Below, piece by piece: positions 15,538 to 26,557 of a DNA stretch of 35,626 nt. Origin of the DNA: a virus (lineage: Duplodnaviria; Caudoviricetes); IMG/VR virus record IMGVR_UViG_3300021375_000088, positions 1-35,626 of that record. One strand, given 5' to 3'. The position numbers and the translations under genes were made by a program. The notes below the pieces were generated by a model. The model saw nothing but the letters and a program-made list of their open reading frames with translations. It searched no databases and had not been told where the DNA came from. Positions within the stretch are counted from its first letter, which is position 1. Each line of letters opens with the position of its first letter.

Positions 15538-17675
15538 TGCCTAAACTTCCAGTATTTACATCTAAAGGAACAATGACAACTGAAACAGGTTCTGCTCAAA
15601 CAAATATTCAAATGAGTTTAAAAGATAACCTGGCTACTTCTTTAGCACCAATAACTAAAAAAGTAAGTGAGTATGGAGTTAAAAGAAAAAATGCTGAAAA
15701 TAAAACTGAAGCATTAGAACTAGAAAACAAAGCTGTAGTTGAGTTAAATGGTTATGTTCAAGAAGCATCTAATATGAAAGATGGTGATAAAGCAAATGCT
15801 TTTTTAATGGAAAAAAGTAAATTGGTTAGAAACAAATTTGAATCTCAAGCATCTAACTCAAATATAAAAACATTGTTCTCAAATAATTATTTAATGGAAG
15901 AACAAAAAAAAATATATGCAGTAGATAATGCAGTACATAAAAATTTAATAAATTCTAGATTATTAGCTTCAGAAGCTAAAGAGCAAAGTCTTATGACAGA
16001 CGTATTATATCCTGCAAGTGGAGATAATAGTTTAGCAATACAAACATTACCAGCAGACTTAAATAAATTATATAAAAGTGATTTTGAGGATGGTATAATT
16101 AACATTGCAGAGTATGAAGCAAAAGTTGCAAACATACCAAACAAGATAGCTTACTTTACAGCTAAAAGAGATTCAGTAGATGATCCTGTAGAAACTTTTA
16201 GAAAATTAAATACAGGTGAATATGAAAATTTAAATTTAGAAACTAGAGAAGATTTATTAAAAGATATTAAATTAGAAGCTGCTCCAATATTACAAAAAAA
16301 TATTAAAAATTATCTAACAATGTTAGAAAATGGAGAAACTATAGAAATAAATAAAGAAGCTATTAAAGAAGTATTTGGAACTCAAGCATATAATAATTTT
16401 ATACTTACAGAACAAAATACATTAAAACTTTCTGATGTTAAATCACAAATAATGAATTCTGAAGTTGGTACTGAAAATGAAATATATGATAGTTGGAACT
16501 TAACTTCTGGAAATGAAGCTCAAGATTTAGAATACAAAACAAAAGCACAAAATTTTTTAGCAGATAAAAATAAACTTATTGAAGAAGATGCTGCAACATT
16601 AATACTTACACATAACTCTACTGTTAGAAATTTATTTAATAACTATCAAGATGAACCAGAAGGTTCACCAGAAAAACAAAAACTATTTCAAAAATATGTA
16701 AACTCTGTTGTTCAAGCACAAGAAGATATGAAAATTGATCCATCACTTGTAAAAGTAATACCAGAAAGTTTTGCTAAAAATCTTGTAAGAGATTACGAAA
16801 ATCAAGATCCATTAAATAAAATAGGTTATCTTCAAGGATTAGAAGAGCAATATGGAGAGCAATATGGAAGAGTTTTAAATCAATTAAGTGCAAATGGTTT
16901 ACCTGTTACTGCTAAACTTGTTTCTTATTTAGGTGATGAAAATTTTGCAACTAAAGTAATGAGCATAGATACCAAAGAAGAAAAGAAAATATTAGATCAA
17001 TATCTTGATGATTATAAATTAGATAAAAACAGTATAAGACAAGAAGTTGCAACAAACATGAAAGAGTTAAGAGACACAGTTATGTTTGCCAATAAAATGA
17101 ATAATACTAGAGCAAACAAAGAATTAAATGATATACAAGAAATAATTAGTTATGTTGCAATAAGCACAATGTCATCAACAACTGGTATGTCTCAAAAAGA
17201 TGCAGTTGAATCTGCAACAGAAGAAGTTATGAAAAACTTTGTATTTGCTGGTGGTGATAATATGTTTGGTGGAGATAATACTTACTTTATTCCTAAAAGA
17301 TATAACAATGATACATTATCAGATGGTCAAATAAATTTAATTCAAAGAAAAGCAGAAACCATAAAAGAAAAACATTTAGAAGATTTTGATATGTTTTCTT
17401 TTCAATCTTCAAATCCAGATATAGATGATGATGAAATAAATGAAGAGATGTTAGCACAAGCAAAAGATAAAGGAGTTTGGGTTAATAGTGCAGATGGTTC
17501 TGGAATTGTTTTTGCAATACCTTTTCCAGACGGATCATTAGGTTTAGTTGAAAATAAAAAAGGTGAGTTATTAGAATTAAAATTTGATGATGGCTCTCAT
17601 GTATTACCAACTACAAATATTTTATTAGATTTAGAAGTTTATAGAACTAATAAAGAAGAAGAACAAACACCTTAA
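15537..17675 (+). CDS. Internal virion/ejection protein (gp15-like position)
   Basis: Large helical ORF; synteny. Confidence 0.65.
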   Translation: MPKLPVFTSKGTMTTETGSAQTNIQMSLKDNLATSLAPITKKVSEYGVKRKNAENKTEALELENKAVVELNGYVQEASNMKDGDKANAFLMEKSKLVRNKFESQASNSNIKTLFSNNYLMEEQKKIYAVDNAVHKNLINSRLLASEAKEQSLMTDVLYPASGDNSLAIQTLPADLNKLYKSDFEDGIINIAEYEAKVANIPNKIAYFTAKRDSVDDPVETFRKLNTGEYENLNLETREDLLKDIKLEAAPILQKNIKNYLTMLENGETIEINKEAIKEVFGTQAYNNFILTEQNTLKLSDVKSQIMNSEVGTENEIYDSWNLTSGNEAQDLEYKTKAQNFLADKNKLIEEDAATLILTHNSTVRNLFNNYQDEPEGSPEKQKLFQKYVNSVVQAQEDMKIDPSLVKVIPESFAKNLVRDYENQDPLNKIGYLQGLEEQYGEQYGRVLNQLSANGLPVTAKLVSYLGDENFATKVMSIDTKEEKKILDQYLDDYKLDKNSIRQEVATNMKELRDTVMFANKMNNTRANKELNDIQEIISYVAISTMSSTTGMSQKDAVESATEEVMKNFVFAGGDNMFGGDNTYFIPKRYNNDTLSDGQINLIQRKAETIKEKHLEDFDMFSFQSSNPDIDDDEINEEMLAQAKDKGVWVNSADGSGIVFAIPFPDGSLGLVENKKGELLELKFDDGSHVLPTTNILLDLEVYRTNKEEEQTP

Positions 17676-17680
17676 TCAAT

Positions 17681-19150
17681 ATGGCAAATATAGGATTCGG
17701 TTTAGAAATAAATAAGTATGCAAAGCAAACAGGTTTCGATCAGTTTTCTACTGACTTATCTGATGTTCTTGCAGAGACAGCAAAAGATGCCTGGAAATAT
17801 AACCCTGTATCTTCTTCATTACGTTTATATGAATTAAATCAAAGTAGAAATGTTGATGAACCTTTAATACCATTTCAAGAGTTAAATAAAAAATATAAAG
17901 ATTCTGGAATATTTTTTGAACAAGATGAAAAACAATCTACTGTAGATGTTTTAGTAGAAAGAAAAAAAGAAGAAAGAGATAGACAAAGTATTATCCAACG
18001 TGGACCAAAAGGTGTTGTAGCTACTACAGCAAAATTTGGTACAGCAATGGTAGCAAGTATAGCAGATCCAATTAACTTAGCTATGATGTTTATTCCTGTT
18101 GTGGGTCAAGTAAGATTTGCAAGTTTAGTTGCAAAATATGGATTAACAAAAGCAAGAATGATGAAGGGTTCATTAGAAGGTTTAGTAGGTATTTCTGCTG
18201 TTGAGCCACTAGTTTATGGAGCTGCTAAAGCCGAACAATCTGATTATGGTTTAATGGATAGTTTTATGGCAGTATCATTTGGTACTATTCTTGGTGGTGG
18301 ACTTCATGTTGGTGCAGGTAAATTAAAAGATTCATACACTCATAGAAAATTTAAAAAAAGAATAAGAGATTCAAGAAAAAATTTAAAATCTAAAAGTCAA
18401 GAAGATCCTGCTTTTAGTTTATATAGAGAATACTATCCAGAAAATTCAAGAATAATGAAAGAATTGGAAGAAGTAGATCCAGATACTAGACAGTTATTAC
18501 TTGCAAAAGCAATAGCAGATTTGGGTGAAGAAGTTCCAGTTAATGTAAAAGATTATGCTGATTTAAATCCTAAATTAAGACACGCACAAATAGATGAAAA
18601 CATAGTTGAAAAAGCTAGAAAAAAAGTAAACGAAGAAAGTATTGAAGTTAATAAAAAATTAACTGAAGTTCAAAATAAAATTAATATGTTGGAAAAATAT
18701 TTTGATCCAAAAAGAAAAATATCAAATATTAAATATACTCCAGAATTAAAGAAACTAAAAAAAGAAAAATCTAAATTATTAAAAAGAGAAAAAGAATTAG
18801 TAGAACAATTTACTAGCAGAGAAAAATTAATTGATGAAAGAATAACAAATAAACCACAAGAGATAACTTCTCCAATTAATGCAAAACCTAGAAATATTTT
18901 AGTAGATAAAATTGTAGATGGATATAATAAAGATAAAGCACAAAGCTCTATAGAATCTAGAAACTTAGATCAAGAAATACTTATTGCTGAAAATAATTTG
19001 GTTGCTAAACTTGAGAAACAAAGAAGCTTAGGATTACCAGAAAGTAAAGAAACAAGAACATCTGTTAAAGCATTAGAGGATATAAACTCTAAATCAAAAG
19101 ATTATGAAAATGCTATTATGGAAGGAATCAACTGTAGAATAGGAAAATAA
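17681..19150 (+). CDS. Internal virion/ejection protein
   Basis: DPINL..MFIP and Gly-rich hydrophobic segments; synteny. Confidence 0.65.
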   Translation: MANIGFGLEINKYAKQTGFDQFSTDLSDVLAETAKDAWKYNPVSSSLRLYELNQSRNVDEPLIPFQELNKKYKDSGIFFEQDEKQSTVDVLVERKKEERDRQSIIQRGPKGVVATTAKFGTAMVASIADPINLAMMFIPVVGQVRFASLVAKYGLTKARMMKGSLEGLVGISAVEPLVYGAAKAEQSDYGLMDSFMAVSFGTILGGGLHVGAGKLKDSYTHRKFKKRIRDSRKNLKSKSQEDPAFSLYREYYPENSRIMKELEEVDPDTRQLLLAKAIADLGEEVPVNVKDYADLNPKLRHAQIDENIVEKARKKVNEESIEVNKKLTEVQNKINMLEKYFDPKRKISNIKYTPELKKLKKEKSKLLKREKELVEQFTSREKLIDERITNKPQEITSPINAKPRNILVDKIVDGYNKDKAQSSIESRNLDQEILIAENNLVAKLEKQRSLGLPESKETRTSVKALEDINSKSKDYENAIMEGINCRIGK

Positions 19151-19152
19151 TT

Positions 19153-21723
19153 ATGGCAGATAAATGTTTAATAAGAATAGAAGATGCTTTAAGTAAATCT
19201 GGTATCAATACAAATGAAGCTGAAGGTATTTTAAAATCAATCAGACAAGCTGAAAGTCAAACTAAATTAAAAGAAGCAGATGATGCTGTTAATGCTGCTG
19301 TTGCTAGAGAAATTTTAGATAAAGAAAAATTACAAAAACAAATTAACAAACTAAATGCAATAGAAGATGAGATAAAAATTAGAGATTATGTTGAGTGGAA
19401 TTTAGCTAATTTTAAAGATAATCCAACAGAAGGAATGACAGCTTTACTTGTTGGTAGTAACTGGGAAAGAATGGGTGCAAGAGATTCAGTTGCTGCAGCT
19501 CAAGATGCTTATTATAAAAATTTAGTAGTATCATTTAATGCTAAACTAAAAGAAGCAGGAGTAGATGATTTATTTGCAAAAGCTAATAGTGATATTGAAA
19601 AAAAAATTTCTAGAGTTATTTGGGAACTTGGAGAAGGTAAAGCTATTACAGAAAAAAATAGTGATATTGTAAAACTTGCTAAAGTTATTGAAGATTTTTC
19701 AGAGACAGTAAGAAAAAAATATAATAACTATGGAGCAAATATAGATAAACTTCCTGGTTGGATTATAAGACAAAGTTCAGATCCTTTTCAATTAAGAAAT
19801 GCTTTAGACGTTATTAATGTAAAAAATAATGTAAAATCAAAATCAGTTAATGGATCTCCAGAAACAAACTTACAAGCATGGAAAGATTATATTAAACCTA
19901 GATTAGATCATAAAAGAACATTCTTTGAAACTGATGAAGCAAACATAGATGCTTTTTTAGATAACGCTTACAACTCTCTAATAAGAAATGAAAATCAAAT
20001 TGTTAATAGTGCAGGAGAAACTTTTGGTGCAAAAAGTATGGTTAAAAAAATGGGAGCAAAAAGAGTTTTACATTTTAAAAGTTCTGATGATTGGTATGAT
20101 TATAATGCAATGTTTGGTGGTCAAAATTTAAAAGAATCTATATTTAGTGGATTCCATGTTGCAGGTAAAAATGTTGGTATGCTTAGTAAACTAGGAAGTA
20201 ACCCTCAAAATAATTATAAAAAAATAGGTGATCTAGTTAAAAATAAATTAATTAAAGATGGAAATCAAAAAGAAGCTGAACGTATTGGTGCATTCATGAA
20301 AGAACAAGGTGGTCATATGAAATTTATGGCAGAAGTAGATGGATCTGTAAATACTATTAATGGTTTTGCTGCTGCTAAATATGGTGCAATTACTCGTGCT
20401 ATATTATCTATGGCAAAGTTAGGTGGTGCAACAATTTCAGCATTTTCTGATATTCACCTTTATGCTAAAGAAATGAAGTGGCAAGGTAGATCTTATGTTG
20501 GTGGTCTTGCAGAAGCTATGGGTAGATTAGCTAAAATAAAAAATACAAAACAAAAACAAGAAATTGCAGAACAATTAGGTTTTATAAATGATAATATTAT
20601 TTATGATTTAGCAGCAAGATATTCTGCTGGAGATGCTTTAAATAGAGGTTACTCTCAAGTGCAAAGAACTTTCTTTAAACTTAATGGTTTAGCCTGGTGG
20701 ACCAACTCATTAAAAGATGGAGCAATACTTGGTATGGGTAACTATGTAGCTAAACAAACTAATTTACCTTACAAAAATTTAGGCAAAGAATTTAAAAGAT
20801 TAATTAATCATTATGGTATTGATGAAAAAGTTTGGAATCATATAAGAAAAATGGATTTAGATAAAGCTGATGATGGTAAAACATTTTTTAATACACAAAA
20901 AATAGATAAGTTATCAGATTCTGTTATTAAAGATATTGAAGGTAAAACAACAATGTCTGCAAGACAAATAGAAGTTGCTAAAGATAATTTAAAAACAAGA
21001 GTGTTAGGAATGTTTTTAGATAGAGCAACTTATGCTGTACTAGAACCAGATGCTAGAACTAGAGGTTGGTTAAAAATGGGATTACAAGCAGGAACTGGAC
21101 CAGGAGAAGCTATAAGATTTATGGGTCAATTCAAAGCATTCCCTTTTGCATTTGGTCAAAAAATGTTTGGTAGAGAAATGGCTATATTTAAAGAAGGTAC
21201 ATGGAAAGATGGTAAAAAATTTGCAGCATTAGCAGGTATGGCACAATTAGTTGGTGGATCAATTTTATTTGGATACATGGCTATGACAGCAAAAGATATA
21301 CTTAAAGGTAAAAAACCTAAAGATCCTTTAAATACAAAAACATTTTTTTCTGCTATGTTACAAGGTGGTGGTTTAGGTATTTATACTGATTTTTTATTTG
21401 GAAATGTTCAAAATTCCACAAGTGCTTTAGCAACTATTTCTGGACCATTTCTAACTGAAGCTACTAAGGTTATTGCTGCAATCAACTATGCTATTAAAGG
21501 AGAAGGTGGAAAAGCAGGAAAACAAGCGTATTTATCTATAAAAGATAATATTCCATTTTTAAATTTATTCTATATAAAGACAGCATTTGATTATTTAATT
21601 GGTTATCAAATGATGGAAACTTTATCTCCAGGTTCTCTAAAAAGAATGGAGAAAAGAATGAAGGATTCTGGTCAAGAATTTTTGTTTACAAAGCCATCAA
21701 CATTGTTTAAAGGTTTTAATTAG
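19153..21723 (+). CDS. Large internal virion protein (gp16-like C-terminus)
   Basis: QFKAFP, GGGLGIY.DFLF, IPFLNLFY motifs. Confidence 0.75.
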   Translation: MADKCLIRIEDALSKSGINTNEAEGILKSIRQAESQTKLKEADDAVNAAVAREILDKEKLQKQINKLNAIEDEIKIRDYVEWNLANFKDNPTEGMTALLVGSNWERMGARDSVAAAQDAYYKNLVVSFNAKLKEAGVDDLFAKANSDIEKKISRVIWELGEGKAITEKNSDIVKLAKVIEDFSETVRKKYNNYGANIDKLPGWIIRQSSDPFQLRNALDVINVKNNVKSKSVNGSPETNLQAWKDYIKPRLDHKRTFFETDEANIDAFLDNAYNSLIRNENQIVNSAGETFGAKSMVKKMGAKRVLHFKSSDDWYDYNAMFGGQNLKESIFSGFHVAGKNVGMLSKLGSNPQNNYKKIGDLVKNKLIKDGNQKEAERIGAFMKEQGGHMKFMAEVDGSVNTINGFAAAKYGAITRAILSMAKLGGATISAFSDIHLYAKEMKWQGRSYVGGLAEAMGRLAKIKNTKQKQEIAEQLGFINDNIIYDLAARYSAGDALNRGYSQVQRTFFKLNGLAWWTNSLKDGAILGMGNYVAKQTNLPYKNLGKEFKRLINHYGIDEKVWNHIRKMDLDKADDGKTFFNTQKIDKLSDSVIKDIEGKTTMSARQIEVAKDNLKTRVLGMFLDRATYAVLEPDARTRGWLKMGLQAGTGPGEAIRFMGQFKAFPFAFGQKMFGREMAIFKEGTWKDGKKFAALAGMAQLVGGSILFGYMAMTAKDILKGKKPKDPLNTKTFFSAMLQGGGLGIYTDFLFGNVQNSTSALATISGPFLTEATKVIAAINYAIKGEGGKAGKQAYLSIKDNIPFLNLFYIKTAFDYLIGYQMMETLSPGSLKRMEKRMKDSGQEFLFTKPSTLFKGFN

Positions 21724-21725
21724 TT

Positions 21726-24206
21726 ATGACAATTTCTAGCACTACAGTAAAAAATTCCTACTCTGGTAATGGTACACTAGATACTTTTAATTATACTTTT
21801 AAAGTATTTGCTGCTGCTGATCTTCAAGTTATTATTAGAGATGCGTCAGCAACTGAAACTGTAAAAACTTTAACTACACATTATACTGTAACTGGTGCAG
21901 GTTCTGCTTCTGGTGGAACTATTGTATTCACAACAGGTAACATTCCAACTGCTACAGAGACAGTTGTAATAAGAAGAGCATCACCACAAACACAAGCAAT
22001 CGATTATATTGCAAACGATCCTTTCCCTGCTGAATCTCACGAAGAAGGATTAGATAGATCTATGATGGCAATTCAACAATTGCAAGAAGAAGTAGATAGA
22101 TCAATTAAATTATCAAGAACAAACACAATGAACAATACAGAGTTTGCTGTAGGTTCAACTGCTAGAGCAGGTAAAATTTTTGGGTTTGATGACAATGGTG
22201 AATTAGTTGTATCGCAAGAGCTAGGAACTTTTAAAGGTAACTGGTCAGCGTCAACAACTTTTTCTGCTAGAGATATTGTAAAAGATACTTCAAACAATAA
22301 TATTTATTTATGTAATACTGGTCATACATCATCTGGTAGTCAACCTATCTCAACTAATGCAGATGTAGCTAAATGGGATTTATTAGTAGACGCAGCTAGT
22401 GCTACAACAAGTGCTACTAATGCTGCAACGAGTGCAACTAACGCATCCACATCAGAAACAAATGCTGCAACCTCTGCCACAACTGCAACTACAAAAGCTA
22501 GTGAAGCATCGACTTCAGCAACTAATGCAGCAACGTCTGCAACAAGTGCAGAAACTGCAAAGACAGCAGCAGAAACTGCTCAAGCAGCAGCAGAAGCTGC
22601 GTTAGATAATTTTGATGACAGATTTTTAGGTGCTAAAGCTAGTGATCCAACTTTAGATAATGATGGAGACGCATTAACAGACGGAGCATTATATTTTAAT
22701 ACTACGGATGATGTTATGAAAGTCTACGATTTGACTAACACTACATGGAGACAAATTCAATTAACAACTTCAGATCAAGCAAATGTAAATACTGTTGCTG
22801 CAGATTTATCTGGTTCTAACACAATAGGAACTGTTGCAACTAATATTGCGAATGTCAACACAACTGCAACTAACATTGCGAACATAAACACAACTGCTGG
22901 AATATCTAGCGATGTGACGAGTGTAGCTGGAATAAGTTCTGCAATATCTGCAGTTAATTCAAATTCTGCAAATATAAATGCAGTTAATGCAAATAGTGCA
23001 AATATAAATTTAGTAGCAGCTAACGATACTAATGTTACGAATGTTGGAACTAACATAACTTCAATTAATACTGCTGCAACAAACCTTGCAGACATAAACG
23101 CTTTCGCAAATATCTATCTTGGACCAAGTGCTTCAGCTCCTACTTTAGATCCAGATGGTTCAGCATTAGATGTTGGAGATTTATATTTCGATACAGTTTC
23201 ACAAACTATGAAAGTTTACTCATCAAGTGGGTGGATTCCTGCAGGTTCAAGTGTTAATGGAACTTCAGCAAGATTTACTTATACTATATCTGGTACACCA
23301 ACAACAGTATCTGGTGTTGATGATTTAGGAAATACACTTGCATACGATGCTGGATTTGCAGATGTTTATGTAAATGGTGTTCGTATGTCTGCTTCAGATA
23401 TTACAATTACTTCTGGTACTTCAGTTGTATTTGCTACAGCTTTAACAAATGGAGATGTTGTAGATATAGTTGCTTATGGTACTTTCAATGTAGCATCAAT
23501 CGATGGTTCTAATATTACTTCTGGTACAATAGCTAATGCTAGACTAACAGGAAGTGGTGCAATCACAATCAATGGTTCAGCTGTTGCGTTAGGTGGTTCA
23601 GTTACTATTGGTGAAACAAAACCTACAATTAGTTCTATAACTCCAGACACAATTACTAATGCACAAACTTCAATTACAATTACTGGTTCAAACTTTGTAT
23701 CAGTACCTCAAGTAGAATTTTTAAATCCTTCAACTGGTATCTGGTATGTTGCAGACACAGTTACATTTAACAACTCAACATCATTAACAGTACAAGCAAC
23801 ATTAACAGTTGATGCACAGTACAAAATAAGAATTGAAAATCCAGATGGTAATGCTGTAATATCATCTACAAATATTTTAACAGTTTCAGATGCTCCTACC
23901 TGGACAACTGCTGCAGGTGATCTTGGAACTTTTGCAGGAAATTTTTCTGGAACTCTTGCGACAGTAGCTGCTACTTCAGATAGTGCAGTAACTTTTTCAG
24001 AAGTAGGAAGTAATCTTGCAGGTGCTAATGTTACATTAAATACTTCAACAGGTGCTTTGACTACAACTGATTTTGGTGGTAGTAGTACGACAGCAACAAC
24101 TTATAACTTTACATTAAGAGCAACAGATGCAGAAAGTCAAACAGCAGATAGAAGTTTTAGTTTTACATCTAGCTTCGGTGCAACAGGAGGAGCAACTTTT
24201 AACTAA
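21726..24206 (+). CDS. Tail fibre with T7 gp17-like N-terminus and C-terminal Ig-like domains
   Basis: SYSGNG...F.Y.F and HEEGLDR..M..QQ N-terminus; Ala/Thr repeats; IPT/TIG-like PTISSITP..ITITGSNF. Confidence 0.85.
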   Translation: MTISSTTVKNSYSGNGTLDTFNYTFKVFAAADLQVIIRDASATETVKTLTTHYTVTGAGSASGGTIVFTTGNIPTATETVVIRRASPQTQAIDYIANDPFPAESHEEGLDRSMMAIQQLQEEVDRSIKLSRTNTMNNTEFAVGSTARAGKIFGFDDNGELVVSQELGTFKGNWSASTTFSARDIVKDTSNNNIYLCNTGHTSSGSQPISTNADVAKWDLLVDAASATTSATNAATSATNASTSETNAATSATTATTKASEASTSATNAATSATSAETAKTAAETAQAAAEAALDNFDDRFLGAKASDPTLDNDGDALTDGALYFNTTDDVMKVYDLTNTTWRQIQLTTSDQANVNTVAADLSGSNTIGTVATNIANVNTTATNIANINTTAGISSDVTSVAGISSAISAVNSNSANINAVNANSANINLVAANDTNVTNVGTNITSINTAATNLADINAFANIYLGPSASAPTLDPDGSALDVGDLYFDTVSQTMKVYSSSGWIPAGSSVNGTSARFTYTISGTPTTVSGVDDLGNTLAYDAGFADVYVNGVRMSASDITITSGTSVVFATALTNGDVVDIVAYGTFNVASIDGSNITSGTIANARLTGSGAITINGSAVALGGSVTIGETKPTISSITPDTITNAQTSITITGSNFVSVPQVEFLNPSTGIWYVADTVTFNNSTSLTVQATLTVDAQYKIRIENPDGNAVISSTNILTVSDAPTWTTAAGDLGTFAGNFSGTLATVAATSDSAVTFSEVGSNLAGANVTLNTSTGALTTTDFGGSSTTATTYNFTLRATDAESQTADRSFSFTSSFGATGGATFN

Positions 24207-25522
24207 TGGCTAGTACATATTTAACAAGAACACAGACAGCAGGTAATAGAAGAAAAGGTACTTTTTCTGCTTGGTTTAAAAGAGCTAATTTAGGTTATCA
24301 ATATTTAATGTCTTGGAATAGTACAACTTCAGGAACATCACTAGGAGATTGGATTAGATTTAATGGTGAAGCATTAGATATACTTAAATATACTGGTTCG
24401 CTTCCTTATAGAGTACAAACAAATAGATTGTTTAGAGATACTAATGCTTGGTATCATTTAGTTGTTGCTTACGATAGTGAACAAGCAACAGCATCAAATA
24501 GAATTAAAATTTATGTAAATGGTGTTCAAGAAACTTCATTTGGCACATCTTCTTATCCATCACAAAATTATGATTTTGAATTTAATAACAACAGTATTGT
24601 TGCTTGTATAGGTAGAAATTATGATACTGAAGCTAATTTTGATGGCTCAATGTCTCATGTTCATTGGTGCGATGGTTATGCTTATTCTGCTTCAGATTTT
24701 GGTTCAACAGATGCAACAACTGGAGAATGGAAAATCAATACTTCTCCAAGTGTAACTTATGGAACTAATGGTTTCTTTATTTTAAAAGATGGTAATTCAG
24801 TCACAGACCAATCTGGTCAAAGTAATAACTTTACTGCTAATGGTACACTTACAAAAACAGAAGATTCTCCAAGCAATGTTTTTGCTACATTTAATCCTTT
24901 ATTTCAATCATTACCTACTGGTGGATTATCAAATGGAAATAATACAGCTAAAACAAATGGTGCAGACAGCACTTGGAGAAGTGCTTTTGGAAATTTAGGT
25001 GCAACTTCAGGTAAATATTATATGGAAGTAAAATGGGTTAGTGGTTCACATTTTGTATCAGGTTTTGCTAGTCAAAGAACTTTATCAACACACAATTTTA
25101 AAGATTTAACTGACACTTATAGTGGTGGTCAATATTTTGGTATTTATGGTACATCATTATACACAAATGGTTCATCATCAGGTTCTTATACAGCACAAGC
25201 TAGTGGTAATATTATTCAATTAGCATTAGATATGGATAATAAAAAAATCTATCAAGGTATAAATGGAACTTGGAATGTTGGTGGCAATCCATCATCAGGA
25301 AATGGTATTTCTATAACAGGAGATACAGATGAATTTTGGACTTTTGGTATATCTGCTTATAGTAACTCAGGAACAGGAGAGTATCAAGCAAACTTCGGCA
25401 ATGGCTACTTTGGTTCTACTCAAATTAGTAGTGCAGGAACTAACGCAAGTGGAAATGGAATATTTGAATATGATGTACCAACAGGCTATACTGCTTTATC
25501 AACAAAAGGATTAAATTTATAA
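24206..25522 (+). CDS. Receptor-binding/tail protein with LamG-like and SPRY-like domains
   Basis: TFSAWFKR, FRDTNAWYHLVVA, SGKYYMEVK, LALDMDN, ANFG, PTGY.AL motifs. Confidence 0.75.
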   Translation: MASTYLTRTQTAGNRRKGTFSAWFKRANLGYQYLMSWNSTTSGTSLGDWIRFNGEALDILKYTGSLPYRVQTNRLFRDTNAWYHLVVAYDSEQATASNRIKIYVNGVQETSFGTSSYPSQNYDFEFNNNSIVACIGRNYDTEANFDGSMSHVHWCDGYAYSASDFGSTDATTGEWKINTSPSVTYGTNGFFILKDGNSVTDQSGQSNNFTANGTLTKTEDSPSNVFATFNPLFQSLPTGGLSNGNNTAKTNGADSTWRSAFGNLGATSGKYYMEVKWVSGSHFVSGFASQRTLSTHNFKDLTDTYSGGQYFGIYGTSLYTNGSSSGSYTAQASGNIIQLALDMDNKKIYQGINGTWNVGGNPSSGNGISITGDTDEFWTFGISAYSNSGTGEYQANFGNGYFGSTQISSAGTNASGNGIFEYDVPTGYTALSTKGLNL

Positions 25523-26547
25523 TGGCATATACTACAATTAATAAACCTTCTGATTATTTTAATACTAAACTTTATACTGGTACAGGAAGTTCTAATTCTG
25601 TAACTGGAGTTGGTTTTCAACCAGATATGACATGGTTTAAACATAGAAATGGAACAAGTGAACATAATATATATGATGCTGTAAGAGGTGCTACTAAAAG
25701 AATTATACCTAATGATAATTCAGCAGAAGGAACTCAATCAAATGGTTTGTCAGCTTTTGGAAGTGATGGCTTTACAGTTGTAGATTCCAATGCAACAAAC
25801 CTTAATAATGGAACATACGCATCATGGAACTGGAAAGCAAATGGTGCAGGTTCAGCTAATACAGATGGTTCTATAAACTCAACTGTTTCAGTAAATCAAA
25901 CAGCAGGTTTTTCAATAGTGAAGTGGACAGGTACACAAAGTTTAGGAACTGTAGGTCATGGATTAAATTCTGTTCCTAAAATGATTATTATTAAAAATAC
26001 ATCAGCTTTAGAAAACTGGATTGTTTATCATAACTCTTTAGGCAATACAAAAAACTTATATCTTGATGCAACTAACACAGAACATACTAGGTCAGATACA
26101 TTTAATAATACTTCTCCAACATCTTCTGTTTTTACAGTTAATACAGCAACAGGTGTTAATAAAACTGGTAGCACTATGATTGCTTACTGCTTCGCAGAGA
26201 AAACTGGTTATAGCCGTTTTTCAAAATATCAAGGTACTTCATCAACAGATGGTGCATTTATTTACACTGGCTTCAAACCCACATTTTTCATGGCGAAATG
26301 TATAGATAATGCTGAAAGTTGGTACATATTTGATAATAAAAGAGAAGGATATAATGTAGAGAACAGAGATTTATATGCTGACAATACTGGTACAGAAGGT
26401 TCAGCAGATTGGTTAGACATTTTATCTAATGGGATAAAATTTCGTTATAATTCTATAGGTCTAAATGGCAGTTCAAATAACTATATCTTCATGGCATTTG
26501 GTCAAAGTTTAGTAGGTTCAAACAACGTACCATGTACAGCAAGATAG
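25522..26547 (+). CDS. Tail-associated beta-rich protein
   Basis: LYTGTG, GVGFQPD..W.K.R, AGFSIVKW, HGL...P.MII.K, YTGFKP repeats. Confidence 0.75.
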   Translation: MAYTTINKPSDYFNTKLYTGTGSSNSVTGVGFQPDMTWFKHRNGTSEHNIYDAVRGATKRIIPNDNSAEGTQSNGLSAFGSDGFTVVDSNATNLNNGTYASWNWKANGAGSANTDGSINSTVSVNQTAGFSIVKWTGTQSLGTVGHGLNSVPKMIIIKNTSALENWIVYHNSLGNTKNLYLDATNTEHTRSDTFNNTSPTSSVFTVNTATGVNKTGSTMIAYCFAEKTGYSRFSKYQGTSSTDGAFIYTGFKPTFFMAKCIDNAESWYIFDNKREGYNVENRDLYADNTGTEGSADWLDILSNGIKFRYNSIGLNGSSNNYIFMAFGQSLVGSNNVPCTAR

Positions 26548-26557
26548 GAAATAAAAT

